From assembly GCA_964304625.1 (NCBI GenBank), contig OZ199839.1, positions 3,071,223 through 3,135,222 of the forward strand: 64,000 nucleotides of DNA, read 5' to 3'. Shown here in pieces: positions 13,326 to 26,175 of this stretch; position 1 is the first letter of the stretch, and every line of letters begins with the position of its first letter. The translations under genes were made by a program, and so were the position numbers. Under the pieces are notes generated by a model. The model made no database searches, was not told where the DNA came from, and worked only from the letters and a program-made list of their open reading frames with translations. Source of the DNA: Kudoa neothunni. Its lineage: Eukaryota; Animalia; Cnidaria.

Positions 13326-15032
13326 CAGAATGTAACCAATTTCACGCACTTTTTTGAGGGTATTTCTTGTTTATTATTTAATTTTGTCAATATTTAATGC
13401 CAACAAACTCCTATAATTATACCTTTTGTCGAAAAGTATAATACCACTTATTATTATAAGTCTTCAGTCTAATGACCCAAAAACTGCCACTGAATCACGT
13501 TTAATAATATCTATTATCTCGATTCTTAATGGCATCCTAGAGATGAAAAATAAAATAATAAAAACCTGTAAATGTTTTTAGAATCTAAAAATAGAAATTA
13601 TTTGCATGCAGGACAATTTCATTCTGTTGATGACGATGTATATGAATAGATTGAGTGGAAACGATAATCATCAAGAGAAATCAATTAGCTGATGAAAAAG
13701 GTTTACTTTCATGTGCAATTCGTGGTGGGTTTTGTTGTTTAAAAAAAGGTCCAACATTTAAAAATCAAATTCTATTAATTGGTCTGCTGATGCTACGCCT
13801 CTAACTAATTCGAAGTAGATCAATCAAATACGAGTATTGTTTAAAATATACTCTGAAAACTTCATTCACAATGTAGACGGAACTATCTTATTCTACCAAT
13901 AGCAACAATGGGAGTATTTCATATATTGCCGAAGAATAATTTTTTGAAAGTTAATATATAGTTAACTGGCCTTTTTAACCTTCCGAGAGTCTCTGAGGTC
14001 ATATTGACCCCAGACGGCATTCAGTCGTTTTTTAAACAAACTTAGAAGTCAAATTTACACTTAAAACCTTGGTTATTTTCCTAAAAATTATTGTTCTTGC
14101 TAAATTAAAGGTACCGAATGTTATTTAGAAATAAATAAGCTTTGAACAAAAAATACTTACACCCTCCCTTTTTTGGGGTCAATATGACCCTTGTCGTTTT
14201 TCTCAGCAAAGCTATTTTATACAGTTTTAAACTATAAATTAAATCTCTTAACAATTTTTTTAATAGAAATTGAAATTTATGACGAAATTGCTGAAAATTG
14301 CCATGTTGATAAAAATGGAGATAAATGACCGATTGAAAAGCCTAGAATAGCAGAAACTATGCGTTATACTACATTATAATCAATACAAGTGTCAAAGGAT
14401 ACTCAAATCGACGACCAAAAGCTGTTTTCTACAATATGATTGATATTAGCTTATTTAACACATTTCACATTTACACAAATATTTTCTCAGATTCTAATTT
14501 TTAGAACAGTTAGCTGTTAATCTATTTAAAAATTACATTCGCAATAACATAAAATAAGTTGAACAAAACGTTGCGACTAGCGTTCCTCGTTCTAGTAGAG
14601 AAAGATGCTATCCGTTTGACTATGTTCGAGCCAAAAAAATAAAAACATTCTGTTCCTATGGAAAATTATATTGTGAAAACCACTCAAACTCACCTGCTCA
14701 AAATACTCTAAATAAATCAATTATCAGGTTTCAAAAAAATATATTAAACTCTAATTTAATCAAATATTTGAAACACCATAAAGAGGAATTACCATACGAC
14801 TTAAATTAGTCAAATAATGATCAGATTTAAGTTTAATCCCCATAAAACGTCATAAAATATTTTATTACACGATTATGGGAAAAAATATCTGGGGTCATAT
14901 TGACCCCCAAAGAAGGAGAGCGTATCGTCGATTTTTGGCGCTCGGAAGGTTAAACGTAATTTAATCATTATTAAGTGTCAATTCTTTCTGTAATAATTGC
15001 ACACACAGGTGCGTGAAATTGGTTTCTTACTG
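13326..15032. mobile_element. Tc1/mariner-type non-autonomous element carrying a nested piggyBac
   Basis: TA|CAGAATGTAACCAATTTCACGCAC ... GTGCGTGAAATTGGTTTCTTACTG|TA. Confidence 0.7.
13979..14949 (+). mobile_element. piggyBac internal-deletion derivative
   Basis: TTAA|CCTTCCGAG ... CTCGGAAGG|TTAA. Three GGGGTCA-n-TGACCCC palindromes. Remnant C-terminal transposase (YNQYK...FYNMIDISLFNTFHIY). Confidence 0.88.
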
Positions 15033-16003
15033 TAAACGTTTATTTATTGGTGATATGAGTCACGACACCTACTTATACACCAAATGGATATATAAATGTA
15101 CGTAATAATGAACTTGTTCATTTATGGACTCCAATGAGTCTTCGCAACAAAAATTTCCTATTATATGCACGAATAAAATAATTTCATCGCTATGTAATGT
15201 TTAATATTAAAACAGTAACTTTAAATTATATATTTGAAAACTATTATTGTTTCAAAATTGACTCCTTTATAAAATGTATCGAGAAATTCTGAACATGTCT
15301 GAAACGAAACATAAACCTCAGATAAGTTAAAATATCTGACTCGCAAACCTACAAAATTACACCCAAATATCACTATTCCCAGAAATATTAATTCCCGTTT
15401 ATTTTCGGATAATCGCATAGATTAGTTCATGGGAAATAGCCGGCATAACGATAACATGGAGTTTTATTTCAATGCTTGAAGAGTTTAGTTAACTTGAATT
15501 CTCGGATATTTTAATCTAAAATCCAACAGATTAACATGTATGAACTCTGACACCCAACTGAGGAATTAATCGGATTAACCGACTTATTGTTGTGTAACAA
15601 AAAAGAGATTAGGTATTGTAGAAAAGCTGACAACTTTTTTAAATCTAATCCCATAACAACAAAATAATATGATTTTCGTAGTTGGAACATTATTATCTAA
15701 TCAAATAAGCACCTAGGATGGTTAATCAAGGGTAACATAGGGTCATTGATTGATTTCGATCATGTTTATTCGAGTAACGTATCAGTTCGAGACAGAACGA
15801 ATTTCAAAAAAAATTTTTCGGTCGGTTCCAAAATTTGAAATCTGTAACACAGATTAAATAGGATTGTTAGTTATAATTCAATGCTATTAAAAACATCGAA
15901 TGGTTTCACCAGCGTAACCTATATCATTTAATAACAGACTGTCGTTTAAATTATTAAACACCTTTAATCGGACCACATTGTCAAAGCAATCCGTGATCCT
16001 TGG

Positions 16004-18244
16004 ATGCAATCGTCAGCATCTATTATAATGCAGGTTAGATTGTTGGGAAATCTCCAAAAAAATATTACTACACTCACCAGATTTCCAGCACGCACACTCA
16101 CAACCACTCCATGTTTGTACGTTAACAAGAAAATTTTTGCATCCGACCTATACGATGTAACTTGCGAGGATAAAATGACATTCCTGGATATGACAAGATA
16201 TCATGTGGATCGAGCTATCGAGATTGCCACACCTCTTCTTATCAAAAGGGAGTACATTGGGTTGGCAGGTGTGTGTGATAGGGACAAGGAATATTTTGTT
16301 CGTGGTAGATGAGTTATTGGATAGGCGCTCGAGTAAACACATTATTATACCAAAATAGGTACATTGGAGCGACTAAAGAGATGTAAGCAGGTGCTCAAGT
16401 TGGAGTTTCCTTTGAGACGAGAAAACGGTCAGATCGAGTTGATTACAGCATATCGCGCTCACCATAGTAGTCACAGATTACCTTACAAAGGAGGTCATTA
16501 TTGATTCCACTTTTGTACAAATATATTGAATGTCGGGGGTAGGTATTCGTTTCAGCGCGAATGCACACACGGAGGAAGTAGAAGCTTTAGCTCTTTTAAT
16601 GACGTTTAAATGTGCAGTTTGTGATATACCATTCGGAGGTGCAAAAGGCGCTATCTCAATCAACCCCAACAATTACAGTGTCAGTTTTCACCTATCCTCT
16701 CTTCCTTCTTTTAGTTTTATGTATGCTGACCTTCATTGGTTGTAGGCTGGGGAAATTGAACGCGTCACTCGACGTTTTACTTTGGAATTGGCTATTCGTG
16801 GTTTTATTGGCCCTGGAGTTGATGTTCCGGCCCCAGATATGGGAAGTGGCCCTCGAGAAATGGCTTGGATTTGTGATACCTACAAAATGACCGTTGGCAA
16901 CTCCGATATCAACATAAATGCATGTGTGACCGGCAAACCACTGTCTCATGGTGGTATACATGGACGAACAACCGCCACTGGAAGAGTAAATTTCTTCATT
17001 AATCTATTTTTAAATGTCAATAATGGTTGGTTGTCGTTTGTAGGGTCTAATGAATGGACTCGACTACTTGCTGAATCATCGTATTCTCTCCTTTTTCAAT
17101 AATTTAAAGATTTATAATGTTGAAATTTAGCTAGTATTATAAAAGATGCCAATATCATCCCTGGAATCAACAACAAGACCTATGTGGTGCATGGTTTTGG
17201 AAATGTCGGATCGAATAGCGCTCGTTACTTGACGCGCAAAGGTGGAAAATGTATTGGTGTTGTTGAAAACAATTGCTCCATCTACAATCCCGATGGAATC
17301 GACCCTGAAGATTTAGACCAATACAAATCTGTACCTATATATTTAATTGCACAGGCTAAGAATTTGATTTACTTATTCTATAGAAAAACAAAACTATCAT
17401 TGGTTATCCTCACGCCAAGGTATTACATTATTTATATGTGACAACACTAAAAATGGATACAGCAAGTGAATGAGAATTTGATTGGCGCAGAGTGTGACAT
17501 TTTGGTACTTGCTTCCTGTGAAAAACAAATAACACTTCACAATGTGGACACGGTTAAAGCAAAAGTGCTCATTAGCTATTGATGGCAATCTTTGAATTTA
17601 ATTTTAGATTATCGCTGAAGGCGCAAACGGTCCTATCACACCCAAAGCTGATGAAATTCTTCGCAAAAATGGACACCTTATCATACCTGTAAATATTCAT
17701 TGTGTAGCTATAGTATCAAATTGATGTGTGCGTATGTGTAGGATCTCTACCTCAACGCAGGTGGTGTAACAGTTTCCTATTTTGAGTGGTTGAAAAACCT
17801 AAATCATGTGAGTTATGGTCGTCTCACCTTCAAACATGAAGAATCCATCAATACCGATATTTTGGACAGTGTTTCGTCATCGCTCACCTCCCACTTTGGT
17901 GATACCATTCCTATAACAGCCTCTGATGAGATGAAGAAAAGAATAGCCGTATTTCCGATTTTCATTAAGATATTGTCGTAAGAAACGTTTGTTTTTTACT
18001 TACCTCACATTAGGGTGCCTCAGAGAAAGATATTGTCAATTCAGGTCTCGAATATACCATGCAAAGATCTGCTAATGTACGGTTGATTGATTCAGCCATT
18101 ATAATGGTTGTGATGATTGATTTTTAGAAAATTATGACCACCCGCGAAAAATATAATCTACAGTGCGATATCCGTTTGGCCGCTACTGTGAACGCGATCG
18201 AGAAAATGACGACTGCTTTCTGCGACGCAGGTCATACTCTTTAA
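16004..18244 (+). CDS. GLUD1: Mitochondrial glutamate dehydrogenase, animal (antenna) type, 12 exons
   Basis: Motifs LPYKGG|[93 protein letters not shown], antenna region, GASEKDIV. 11 short GT-AG introns. Stop TAA at 18242-18244. Exact N-terminus uncertain. Confidence 0.96.
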
Positions 18245-20218
18245 ATTATTACACAACTAATGTCGTTATCCTCTTCGATTATCATATTTTGAATTCGTCA
18301 TTTATAATAACCTTAGTAATTTTATTCAAAGATAAATTTTTTTGATTTTTTCGCTTGCGACATTGCACGTCTTGGTGATTGTTTTGCGAATAATTTTCAA
18401 TATTAATGTTACATTTTTTGCTATATCACAAATTTTTCAAAGCCCTACAAATTTCTCTCTAAGGAAAAAAATTATTTAAAATTTAACTTGGAAATTGTTT
18501 TTACTATCAGAATCAAATTAAAAAAGGGATTTAATGTTGAAGAATGATCGTAATATCAAAGTTAACCACTTTACTTCGTTCTTTTAATTGTTTATGTTCG
18601 GAAAATCGTTTAATGATACCGTGTTGAGGTTTATTAAATTATTTGTAAGAAAATATTTTCTTTACAAGAGTACATTTAAGATCTCCCTGCATTTTTGGAG
18701 CAGTGTGAAGTTAAGAGGTATTTAACTAATAATTATTATTTTAATTGAATTAAATGTTATCAATAAAATCAAAGATTTAACAAATGGTTCTATTAAAAAG
18801 AGAAAGCAGGTTTATCCAACCCAACTAACGTTCGTGATGCTTGGGACCACAACAAATGTAGAACTAATTTTACGTATAATTTCGGCAATCAAAAAAAACG
18901 ACTAAAAAAATTAAGTATATACGACTTAATTTCAAGTTGAAAAGTTCTGTTAATAATTTTTATTTAGTTTAAAATAATATATTAATTGATGTATGAATGT
19001 GAGCCAAATTCAGTTTTATTGATTTAATAAAATTAAATGGTCGAATTTGTTTTTATCATTAATTCATGAAGAGTAAATGATGTAACTGCGCCAATTTCAG
19101 AGTTTATCTGCATAAACTACGAGGGAAAGAATGTTGTAAAATAATTTTTTTGTTACAACAAATCCCTCGTAGCTGCGATGGATACGTTCCACGACCTACC
19201 GCCAACATATGAATCACCTCTAAAAATCAACCTTTGGTGTTAAATTATAGTTCTTGACATTATTTGGCAATAATAACAGTATATAATTACTTAGGTAAGA
19301 TGTATTATTTTAAGTTAAAAGGTAAATTTACAAATCTCGCTAATCATCGGTCAGATCGACGAATATTGGCGAGAACAAGCTAGGGAATGTGGGACTCGAT
19401 TTTTTTTTAGAGATCATTATTTAAGACAATAAATTCTTAAATATTATATATGTTTTATTCAAAAAATAATAAAATTCTTGTACAAGATAGAAAATCATTA
19501 AGAGAATTTTACATTTTATAAGATACATGAAAATCACGAACTGTGTAAACATATTTTAAAATTCCGATAATATATTGTGAAAATTACTAACTTTTTCATG
19601 ACATGAATAACCTTATCGTGTTAAATTTTATCATTTCATATTATTACTGACCAAACACATTCGATGATGTTTCCATTATTTCACGTATCATGTCGTATTC
19701 CATAATAAAACAAAAAATTGTTATACAAAATCTGCTTATAAATAAAAATTTAATTTGTTTTAGTTTATAAACTTTTTATATTAATTTATTATTTATATTT
19801 AAAAAAATATTGAGCAATAATTCCAAAAATTTCACTTTTATTTTTCTAAATTATTTTTATTCATTAATTTTTAGTTTAAAGTTCTCCTATATTAATCATA
19901 AAAAATAAGTCTTAAGTATAAAGATTAATTGAAATAAAATATTATATGTTAAATCAATAAATAAAAATTAGCATGTTTTTATTATTTTACGAATATATTA
20001 GCATAGAAACGTATGTTCCTAACATTATTTGCTATGTTACAATTACGTGAAACCACTTCGATTTCATTTTTTTATTTAGGAAATGTCTTATTCTTCTCAA
20101 AACGCTGTAACCGAAACACAGAAAAGTACTTAAACAATTATAAAAGATTTACATCCCACAAAATGACTAAAAACATTTTCACATGGTATGATTGGAGGAT
20201 TTATGCAAACATATAGAT

Positions 20219-20368
20219 CAGTGTTTCCCAACGTGGCGCGTGACAGAATTTTTAAACGTTTACTGAATCGCTCTGGTGGAACGCAGAAAATTCTGAGTAT
20301 TGGTGTGACACGGAACTTTTTTTTATGGAAAAAGTGGGGCGAGATACAAAAAAGATTGGGAAACACTG
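20219..20368. mobile_element. hAT (Charlie/Buster-like) MITE, 150 bp
   Basis: Perfect 13-bp TIR CAGTGTTTCCCAA / TTGGGAAACACTG and perfect 8-bp TSD ATATAGAT (nnnTAnnn). Related fragments at ~12665-12720 and ~23352. Confidence 0.92.
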
Positions 20369-21399
20369 ATATAGATCATTTCGTTAAAGTTTTAAAAAGT
20401 TAATTTTAAACGTACCATAGTGTTTATTTTACTTTAAAATTATTAAAAAGTGATTTAGTAATTGAATTGGTTCAAAAAAGGAAGGTAATATTAGGTTATG
20501 TAGCCAAGCATTAATATGAAATTCATTTGTGGATATTTAACAAGATTAGTCCTATTCATATGGTATGATTTAGATATTACTGTGAACAACAAGAAAAATA
20601 TCGATTTTTTAGGAGCTTTAAAAAGGAAATTTTAAACGATCAGTATTGTTTATTCATTTCTAAAATATTAAATAAGGTTCATGCGTCTAATTATTTAAGG
20701 TGAGTTAATTAAAATACAGTTTAGGACTAACTACAATAACTGTATACGAACTTAGTGTGGCAACGACATACAATCGGAACCAAGTCGTTTCCTACAATTT
20801 GTCCTACTAATTGATTTCTCCTTCAAAATTTTGTTATATTTCTTTTTATCATTAAAAATAACTTAAATTCAGATCAATAAATAACTTTAAAATCCTAAGC
20901 CGAGCATACTTTGATTCATGTGTAATTTCCATTTTATTTAGAAAAAGTTTAACATTCTTTTACTTTTTATGTTAAAAAGAGTTATTTACATTAATTACTC
21001 CAGAATTTGTTTATAATGAATATCAGAGACCTTTCAGATAATTCATTGGTCGCCGCGTTTTATATATTAATATTTTACAAAGTTAAAATAAATTAAAGCA
21101 AACTCATGTGATATTTATGTTTACTTTCTTTAAAGGTACATTTGTGTGAACGTACTATGTAAAACGTAACAATTAACGGCCAAGAAACCTAAATAGATCA
21201 TATATTCACATACTAAAGTTTGGTATTTCAGTAAATTATAAATGTTTGGCGTAGTATTTCACTTTATAACCAAAAATTAATTAATAAATGTATAATTTTA
21301 GGTTTTACACCATTTTTATATTAGTTAAATAAATCAAACTTTATTTGTGCAATCTTTGTACTATTTATCTAAATACTCTTAATTTACTTTAAATATAAA

Positions 21400-21449
21400 A
21401 TGACCTTGGCCGGGAGAGGAAGCCTACGCGAAGCAAGGTTTTGCGCTAG
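21400..21449 (+). mobile_element. Helitron-like 3' terminus
   Basis: GC-rich imperfect hairpin containing GCGAAGC, followed by CTAG|T. 5' end not identified. Confidence 0.4.
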
Positions 21450-21603
21450 TTATCTTTATGTTTTAATTAAAATTAATTAATTTTAAATAAAATTTCATTA
21501 ATTTAAGTGAAAAATTCATTTAATTATTTATTAATAATTTGAAGAAAACAACTTTAAGTTTAAATTAAATTTATGATGGCGCGCGCAAGTTGACGATGAA
21601 CAC

Positions 21604-24600
21604 ATGAGTGTGTTTAGGCGAATTCAGCATGGAAATTTTAATTTCCTGTATAAAACATCTTTTAAAATTTTAAAAATCTTTACCATCTGAATATTTTTAG
21701 TTTTGGAAATATTCCAAAGATATTTGAAGGGGTTGTGATGTTGAGGGGAATAGGATTAGGGTTCTCTAAAACAGATATCCAGAGATATTTGCATCCACTT
21801 TTGGATCTAGGAAAACCAATTGAAATACAGAAAATCTATCGACTCAAGGAATTTCAAGTGGCGTTGATAAAATTATCATCAGAAATGCCCTACACGAAAC
21901 TGATGGATAGAAACTTACAGTATTGCTCCAACATAGCAGCGTATCCTGAGTTGATCCCAAACGCTGCATTTGAGTATGAGTGAAACATGGTTGTGCGCCC
22001 TATTAACTAATGAACTGTAGCTATTTTGTGAGTAATTTTGAGGTGGACGGTGAAAATTTGGAAACGCGAATCGATGAAGTTAGTAAAATTTTATTAGAAA
22101 ATTTCCCCACCTCGAAAATAATTTCACTGAATCATTATCATGTAACCACATCGTCGTCATTGAAACAAGATATGGAAGAGGAAGAATCGTTGATGGGTTC
22201 TCAACATGCGACATCATCGGATTTCAAACAGGCGTACATCGATATGTATGAGATGAATAAATTCCAAGAGTCATTGTCCACCTATTCTCCAAAGCTGTTA
22301 TTAAAATTTGATGATGATAGTCAGTTGGAAAAGATTGTTAAGTTCGGTGAGAAATCGATCAAAGGTAGTGGTTTTTCTGTTTGAAACAAATTTACATTTA
22401 TTATAATTACGTTTATTTTTATTTGATCGACATATATAGAATATGGATTCAATGTGAGAGTTAATCCGTTTTTCGACACTCCATATTCGTATGAGTTGAT
22501 TGATTGATTGATTGATTGTATTAATTGGAATGACTTTATGGTGATAGAGTCATGTCAGTGTACGATATCCGCTTGGATCTGATGAACATGAAATGTTCGC
22601 CTGATGTCACCTATCAAGATATTCAAAAATGGTGTTTTCCCGCCGAAATTAATGCTGCCGGAAAATATAAAACCAAAGATTTCTATTATGTGATACCAAA
22701 GGATTATTGGAGTTATTGCCAATTGCTGAAAAAAGTGGAACCGCTTAAACGTAACATAGTCTCTTCGTCTCCTGCCGAAAATTGCCATAACAACCTAATT
22801 TTTGCGAAACCTGTGATAGAAAGAAGACATCTTTGTCCGTACAATTCGATATTAGGCTCTGCTGAAACCGGAACAAAACAAACCAACTATATTGAATACC
22901 CCAAATATGTGAAAGTTGGAAATCTTCCTGTTGATATCACCAAGGATGATGTGAGACAATTGCTCTCTTCACATGATGCACACATTGAAGATATTCAATT
23001 GGTGAAAATGAAAAACTCGACGACTGCATTTGTGGGCTATTCATTTGTTTATGAAGCCTTTCTTGCGTTGTTTAATTCGGGTCGAGTTTTGAAAAATCAT
23101 GTGCTTATAGTGAAGAAATTCAGAATATATGGGTATGTCCATTTATTGAAGTGATTGCAGTTGGCTTATGGTAAAATTATGGTTTTTAATGTTGTCGATT
23201 ATTTCGGTTGTGGGTAAATTTTAGTTTAATTTGGAGGGTATAACTTAATATCACTAATTCTATATAAGAAATTCTGTACGTTATTCTTCTACGGTAGTTG
23301 TTAGGATTAAGAAGGTATTTGCGAATGCATGATATATTTTGTTATTTATATCAGTGGTTCCCAGCCTTTTGGGCGTCCTCGAACCGTTATCAATTAATAT
23401 GAGAATTGTGTTAAGAATTCAGTATATATATTTTTTAATAGCGCTAAGAAAAAATTCCACATATTCATTTTCTACCTTTTCAATCATAGAACAACAAATA
23501 ATATAAATATATAACTAATGAGATTTCTGCCTGTTTTTCTAGTCGTCAACCAGAAGCATCGTCACAAAATATATTCCTTACGAGTATCTCTCCACATTTA
23601 TCAGCGAATGTTTTGAAAGAATTTCTATACCCTATTATACCTTGGTCGGTTACTCATGTGAGAATAAACCATGCAGGAAATAAGTTGTTTCGTGTGAACT
23701 TTCGTTCTGAAGTGGATTATATACGTTTTCTTAGATCATATAAATTTTCAATATGTAAATAGGCCTTTTTGTTATGTAATATTTAAATCTGTTTAAGATG
23801 GAGAGTTTATTCATTTTCTGTCGCCTCACGCCATCAACTACGTATCAGATACAACACAAGCGTAAGTCGAAAATGTGATTAATTTAAATTGTCTAATTTT
23901 ACTGTTGTTGATATAGAATTGCCGATCGATTATCTCCCGGCGTGTTAAGTTTGTTAAATTTGCCACGAAATATCTCCAAACAAGATCTTACGGACTTTAT
24001 GGACAGAAGAAGTTACGATGAAATCAAAATATTACATATGAACCATCTTAATTTGGGAGAATCCTATATTGATTATCGGCGTCTGCTGGACAACACATTA
24101 GACAACGCATCTATAACCAATTCGAAACCAGCTAATGGGCATATTAGCAACGATTTGAGAACTATTTCGAAAATCTGTCAACAAAATTACACCAACTTTC
24201 CATTGGATATTAGATATGACCATTCCGGTCGATTTGTAGGCCTTGTTGATTCTACGGACATTCCCACTGAAAAATCTCAATCAGATGCAGAATCTGTTAA
24301 ACTATTTTTTGAGCCAACACTAGCCAAAATATACTTCAATAATTACTATGACACTAAATATGGTTACTATTTAGCTGGGAAGAAATTTCGAGGTAGAATT
24401 TTGTTGAATCTATCGCTGAATTTGTATTCGTAACTATTAACGTATAGATCACGGTTGTGCAGGGTACCTGATATGGGATATGGGAATATGTGACTTTCGT
24501 TCGTATATGAATTGCTCTTTTAGTTCGAATTTTAAATTAGACGTCTAGAATTAATAAATCAAGAGTACTCAACGTTTTTGATGTGAGAGGTTTCGATGGG

Positions 24601-25209
24601 CCCACCGTATACGATGATATTGTTAAATTCTTCGGTACCGCGAAATTCAACTCTATAGAAAAACATAAATATGGTTATTTTGTCTATCTTTCCAGTCTTC
24701 ATCTTGTTGAGAGTATTCTCTATCACGACGGAGAATATTTTAGTATTTTTATCCATATGTATTAGTTTGTTGTTTGAACTAAAGCAATAATTACAGATGG
24801 TAAACGAATCTCTGTCAGCAGTCTACTAAATGATGGCTCTTCGTTGTAAATTATTTAAATTGATTTTGTTCAAATCTGATACTTTGTATAGTTTGAATGC
24901 GGTTATTCTTCACAATCTACCATGTGAAGATGTTGAGCACCATCTAAAAACCATCACAGTCAACTACAAATATGGTTACTACGAAAACATTCAGCCTCTA
25001 AATCCTGGCACGTCTTCTTTGATGATACATTTTGATAGTCCAGATGATTACTACAATTTTGCGCATATTAATGGTCTATATTACAGTATTATTGGAATTT
25101 CTTGTTTCGATTTCCATCATAAGTCTTATTTTTAGATGGAAGAATTTTAAAGACACAAATTGTTTCCGCTAAATGGGTAAAATCCCATCACGGAACGTTC
25201 AACAATTAA
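21604..25209 (+). CDS. Multi-RRM RNA-binding protein (about 6-8 degenerate RRMs, spliced) with a mitochondrial-presequence-like N-terminus
   Basis: MSVFRRIQHGNFNFL|FGNIPKIFEGVVMLRG. One clear RRM: YVKVGNLPVDITKDDVRQLLS...TAFVGY...GRVLKNHVLIV. Further RNP2-like starts LSLLNLPRNISKQDL, FDVRGFDGPTVYDDIVKFF and VILHNLP. Ends GRILKTQIVSAKWVKSHHGTFNN* at 25209. Confidence 0.72.
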
Positions 25210-25270
25210 AACACTTTTGGATATATTTTTATATAATGATTTTTTTGTTCAACATTCTATTTTTCAATTA

Positions 25271-26175
25271 CAGTGACTTATGGGTCGTACGTAATAGCGC
25301 AATAAAACATAAATTAATGAATATATATAAAATTCAATTTGTACTCTATAAACTTTATAACAAAAGTAACATATTGCCTCAATTTGATCTTAGGAAAATT
25401 AAAATATCAATAGGTTTTGTGTATGTTATGTGTAGGGCGCGATTATGGCTCGTGCGTAATGATTTCTTTTTTATAACTACGAAGATTATGATTTGTGCGT
25501 CAATAGATGGTAAATAAATTCCAACTCTGTCCCAAAAATTGAAATTATAAAATATTATCAAAAAGTAGCGAATAAATCAAACGCCAAATTTGAAACAATG
25601 AAGATCGTTGATGTAAAAATAGGATCTGCCTTGAATACTATTATAATCATATAGACCGGTTGTTTTAATATTATAACGATTGCTCTATTCAAAAGTAATA
25701 AAAACTCTCAAAGGGAGAAAATATGGATTTTGATCGACAAATGGAAGAGTAAATTGAACTGCTGAGAGCAAAAAAACAATAAATTTTTTTAAAGCTAATG
25801 AACATTTTTCTCAACAATTAATGTTTTTTCCCCTTGATGATCCTGTTTGTATAGTCCGTCTGCTTCCACGACCATCATTCAACATAAGTGAAAGATGGCA
25901 CAGCTTCTTGCTTATTTGGAAGTCGATGAGCGAGTCCAAATGCATTTGGAGCACTCGGAGAAAGATCACCATAATCGTCACTGTTATAGTATTTCATATT
26001 ATAAAATAAATATTTGATGAAAAATCGAACTGTTATCAAAATTTGTTGCCGTGGGAAACTCCTTATTTTTAAAATTGCTCGGGATTGGGGATTAGTTAGT
26101 CATGAAACTTGCAAGTCTAGTTGTGCGTAATGGCTTTGACTTCCCTTTTGATTACGCACAACCCATAAATCACTG
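25271..26175. mobile_element. Tc1/mariner-pogo-type MITE with subterminal repeats
   Basis: TA|CAGTGACTTATGGGTCGTACGTAAT ... ATTACGCACAACCCATAAATCACTG|TA. GTGCGTAATG motif repeated at ~25452 and ~26123. The same family is nested in the hAT at ~6860. Confidence 0.75.
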
